Part shown: positions 60,863-64,000 of the stretch, in pieces
Numbering within the stretch: the stretch's first letter is position 1
Layout: each line of letters begins with the position of its first letter
From: Podarcis erhardii
Taxonomy: Eukaryota
Direction: 5' to 3' (one strand)
Length of the DNA stretch: 64,000 nt
NCBI GenBank assembly: GCA_964252035.1
Contig: OZ176208.1
Translations under genes and position numbers: made by a program
The notes under the pieces: generated by a model
What the model was told of the DNA's origin: nothing
Seen by the model: the letters and a program-made list of their open reading frames with translations, nothing else
Database searches by the model: none

Positions 60863-61315
60863 CTAAAAACCAGTTGCTTTGAATTAATATCTATTTGTAA
60901 TGTCTGCTTTCTTTCACAATAAATATCAATGCACTATTTCTCCAGAAAATGACCATTCTTTTCTTACTTTTACTGAGTCTAAATCCTCCACCTAAGGGAG
61001 GAATATTCTTCAGCAAGCAAGAAATCAGCCAGGGATTCTTGTGTCAGATCACAGGAGCATGGGATATTTTTGGGACATCAGTCAGTAGTGAAATCCTCAA
61101 AGGTTTGCACATTATTCAAGAACAGGACCATGCAATGGCTTTTCTTAAATCCTGTCAGTCCCCTGGAGATTTCCCCCTAAAGCTTAAAGGTCTACTTCTG
61201 TTAGACAGTATGCTATTTTAATGTAACTAATTATTTCATAGATAAAAACAGATAAGCATCACCTATACTGTCAGAACTCCAAGGAAACATTCTTGAATGG
61301 AATGGGAAATCTCAC

Positions 61316-61414
61316 CTTGGCAGTAGCATGGGGGGAAGAACCTTTCTCCAGCAACAGTAGGGCCACCTTCTGGTTGTCGTAATGAGCAGCAACATGGAGG
61401 GGGGTGAGGCCATT
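61316..61414 (-). CDS. ANK2: ANK2 exon, ankyrin repeat (99 nt): [33 protein letters not shown]
   Basis: CAG acceptor, GTGAG donor, ankyrin consensus. Confidence 0.96.
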
Positions 61415-62736
61415 CTGGAAAGGGCGGGTTTATGTTATGGCATTAAGTGATGGTTAGCTCTGCTTCAAGCTACCGTTACATTACAAAAAAATATGTTTAA
61501 TAAGAAGCGATTGACTGATAACAGCACAACACAAACATCGAACTCAGGGTGAATTATTTTCATATTAGAAAAGTTGCTTAGGAACAGAAAGGGCATTAAA
61601 GAAATCGTTAGTTAAGGGGCTTTGCTTTGAAAGCGGATAGGCTATTAATTAATTTAAATTGCCCTAGTTTACCGGTATATATTTTACAACTTTAGCCACA
61701 CTACTATGCCCTGTAGGCTAATGAGGCTCAAATATGAATTACAGAATGGAGTAAAACAAAATAATTCAGTCTTACCAACAGAATCATTTGTCAGGTTCGG
61801 AGGGGGGGGGACTTGATCCATATCACTGTACTTTTATCCTACCAGACTTACTACTGAGAAGTCAATGTGGAATTACATGTTTATGTAATCAGAACAAAAA
61901 TTTACATTACAGAGAACACGAACTCTGCTGAAAATGGTAGCCCTATCAAGTTCTCTCCCACCTGCTGTGTGCTATCTAGTTCAACTTGCTCTGATATCAT
62001 TCCCTGCCACTATTGCACATAATCAGCTGTAGCTGGCAGAGAAACATGGAGAAGCTTTACCTACAGATATTGTGGAGTGTGAGTAGGAAATTTGACTTGG
62101 GACCAGCACTACTGGCAAGAAACCAAAACTTTTACAATAAGATTGTGCAAAGTGTTCCATATGCATAATTAGACAGTGCTAAGATGCATGCATGAACTCT
62201 GCTTGAAGGTTATTACATCTCCAATAACTGCTTTGTGTATTTGGATAGATTTGACTTAGTTTATATGGAGTTAGATACTATTGATTAAAAGTTTTTTTTA
62301 AAAAAAATAATTTCAGAACTATGATATCATTCTTGCTAAAAAAATTAACCCCTATCCAGCTACTTTCTGCTGTATTTAATTCCTGCCCTGAGTCTCTTAA
62401 CCATTTCCCCATATAAGTTCCTGATTTGTTATCTAATTCTACAATTGTGGAATAAAATTTGTCTGTCAACTGCATGTCATTAATTGACTAATATAATATT
62501 TCAGATTTGTTTTCTGCAATGCTAATGATATTTCAGTGTTTGTTAACCACACTCCTGTGCATACAAGTCCTTTTTGGTGTCAAAAATTAATTTATGACAC
62601 TCTTGGGATCATCAGTTGCATTTTATTTATATTAATCTATAAACTAATATATAAATAAAAGCTACTTCTAATAACTGCAATGGAAAATTATTAACAGTAT
62701 TGACTGGAAAAAGCAAATTCAGACACTAATCCCTAC

Positions 62737-62835
62737 CTTTCCAGATGAATCAGGAGATGCACGGCGCTGCAGCAGGAGTTTCGCCACATCAATGCTTCCA
62801 TATTTAGCTGCCACATGCAGTGGTGTGAATCCTTT
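62737..62835 (-). CDS. ANK2: ANK2 exon, ankyrin repeat (99 nt, phase 0-0): [33 protein letters not shown]
   Basis: AG acceptor at 62837-62836, GT donor at 62736-62735; 33-aa ankyrin consensus. Confidence 0.96.
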
Positions 62836-63171
62836 CTAAAAATGTACAGTGGAAAAACCCAAAAACATTAATATAATCTTAATTACTTGGTTTTAAAGAA
62901 CAATCCCTACATATTCTCAATGCAATAACTGCTTAGCCCTCAAATTAAAAACAAATTTTATCATTAAAGGAAATAAAAAAATTATTAATCATAACTTCCC
63001 AAGGGTCCATAGCATATTTCCCAACTTGCTAAGTATTTCCACCCCTAAAAGGAAATATCCCATGCAGGCACTATGTCTGCTAAGTTTCAGGCGCCAAGTG
63101 AAACAGTTTTATTTCAGGAGGCCTTTGCACCATCAGTGTTGTTCTAATGTTCTAACCTGAAGTTTAATTTA

Positions 63172-63430
63172 CCGTATTTTTCGCTCTATAAGACGCACCA
63201 GACCACAAGACGCACCTAGTTTTTGGAGGAGGAAAACAAGAAAAAAAAATATCTGAATCTCAGAAGCCAGAACAGCAAAAGGGATCGCTGCACAGTGAAA
63301 GCAGCAATCCCTCTTGCTTTTCTGGCTTCTGGGATAGCTGTGCAGCCTGCATTCGCTCCATAAGACACACACACATTTCCCCTTACTTTTTAGGAGGGGA
63401 AAAATGAGTCTTATAGAGCAAAAAATATGG
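63172..63430. mobile_element. Second copy of the Tc2-like MITE family
   Basis: Same TIR type, TA TSD, shared segment ccataagacacacacacatttcccctta with 16119-16362. Confidence 0.85.
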
Positions 63431-63524
63431 TATATTTTGAAATTTGTATATTGTAGGTTTCAGTTTTTTTGTAAGCTGCTTTGAGAATTATTATTTTATT
63501 ATTATTATCTGAAGTTATAGATGC

Positions 63525-63573
<49 letters not shown>
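63525..63573. repeat. (TTTC)n microsatellite
   Basis: Directly visible. Confidence 0.95.
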
Positions 63574-63574
<1 letters not shown>

Positions 63575-64000
63575 ACAAAAAGTAAATGAACACAACTTAC
63601 AAAATTAAGACATCCCACTTATCAAATACATGTTGAAAGGCAGGGTGTGTGTGTTGAGTGTGTGTATACTGTATATATGCAGTATCTGACATGCAGTTGC
63701 GCATGTATTCAATTTTGCTATGAGATATTCCTTCTCAGCCACTGCCTTCACAGTACCCCCTGACTGTTTCCTAAACTCCCAGGAGTCTGAAAAAAGCAAT
63801 TTGTGGATTTGGTAATAGGAATCGTAGGTCAAAATACTCTGTATGCACTACAAGCAGGTTCCTGTACACAATTTTTGTGTCAACTTTGAAGGTGTGTGGA
63901 CTATTGATAAACTTGAACTCATGTCATATCTTCAAAATGTCTTCACTTCTTTTAACTGGTGTAAAACCATTTCACCTCCAATTTCCGTACTGGATGGAGC

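Larger units (their letters stand above)
444..62835 (-). other. ANK2: ANK2 (ankyrin-2/ankyrin-B) gene, partial; extends beyond both window ends
   Basis: Successive GT-AG exons with compatible phases translate to ankyrin repeats, ZU5-ZU5-UPA, giant insert and death domain. Peptides recognised as ANK2 rather than ANK1/ANK3, e.g. [62 protein letters not shown]. Confidence 0.98.

Overview
Vertebrate genomic DNA, most likely a lacertid lizard (inferred from a Sauria SINE and squamate-type L2, CR1 and MITE repeats). The whole window lies inside the ankyrin-2 gene (ANK2, ankyrin-B) on the minus strand. I hand-mapped 32 GT-AG exons or candidate exons between 62835 and 444. They run from the last ankyrin repeats through the linker, ZU5-ZU5-UPA, a 6003-nt giant exon (6751-12753) and the death domain into the C-terminal regulatory region; the gene continues beyond both ends. 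The introns hold a young 5'-truncated Penelope-like retroelement (RT plus GIY-YIG, 48141-49751), a CpG-rich hAT element with a perfect 8-bp TSD nested in a tRNA-Lys-derived SINE, Tc1/mariner MITEs, SINEs, L2/CR1 fragments and microsatellites. Most notable: (1) a minimal hammerhead-ribozyme motif in the Penelope tail, sense to the ANK2 pre-mRNA and about 150 nt upstream of a splice acceptor; (2) a 9-aa repeat array in the giant exon where mammals have 12-aa microtubule-binding repeats; (3) in-frame 9-nt and 12-nt microexon candidates and a candidate internal first exon. All coordinates were counted by hand and no database searches were run.
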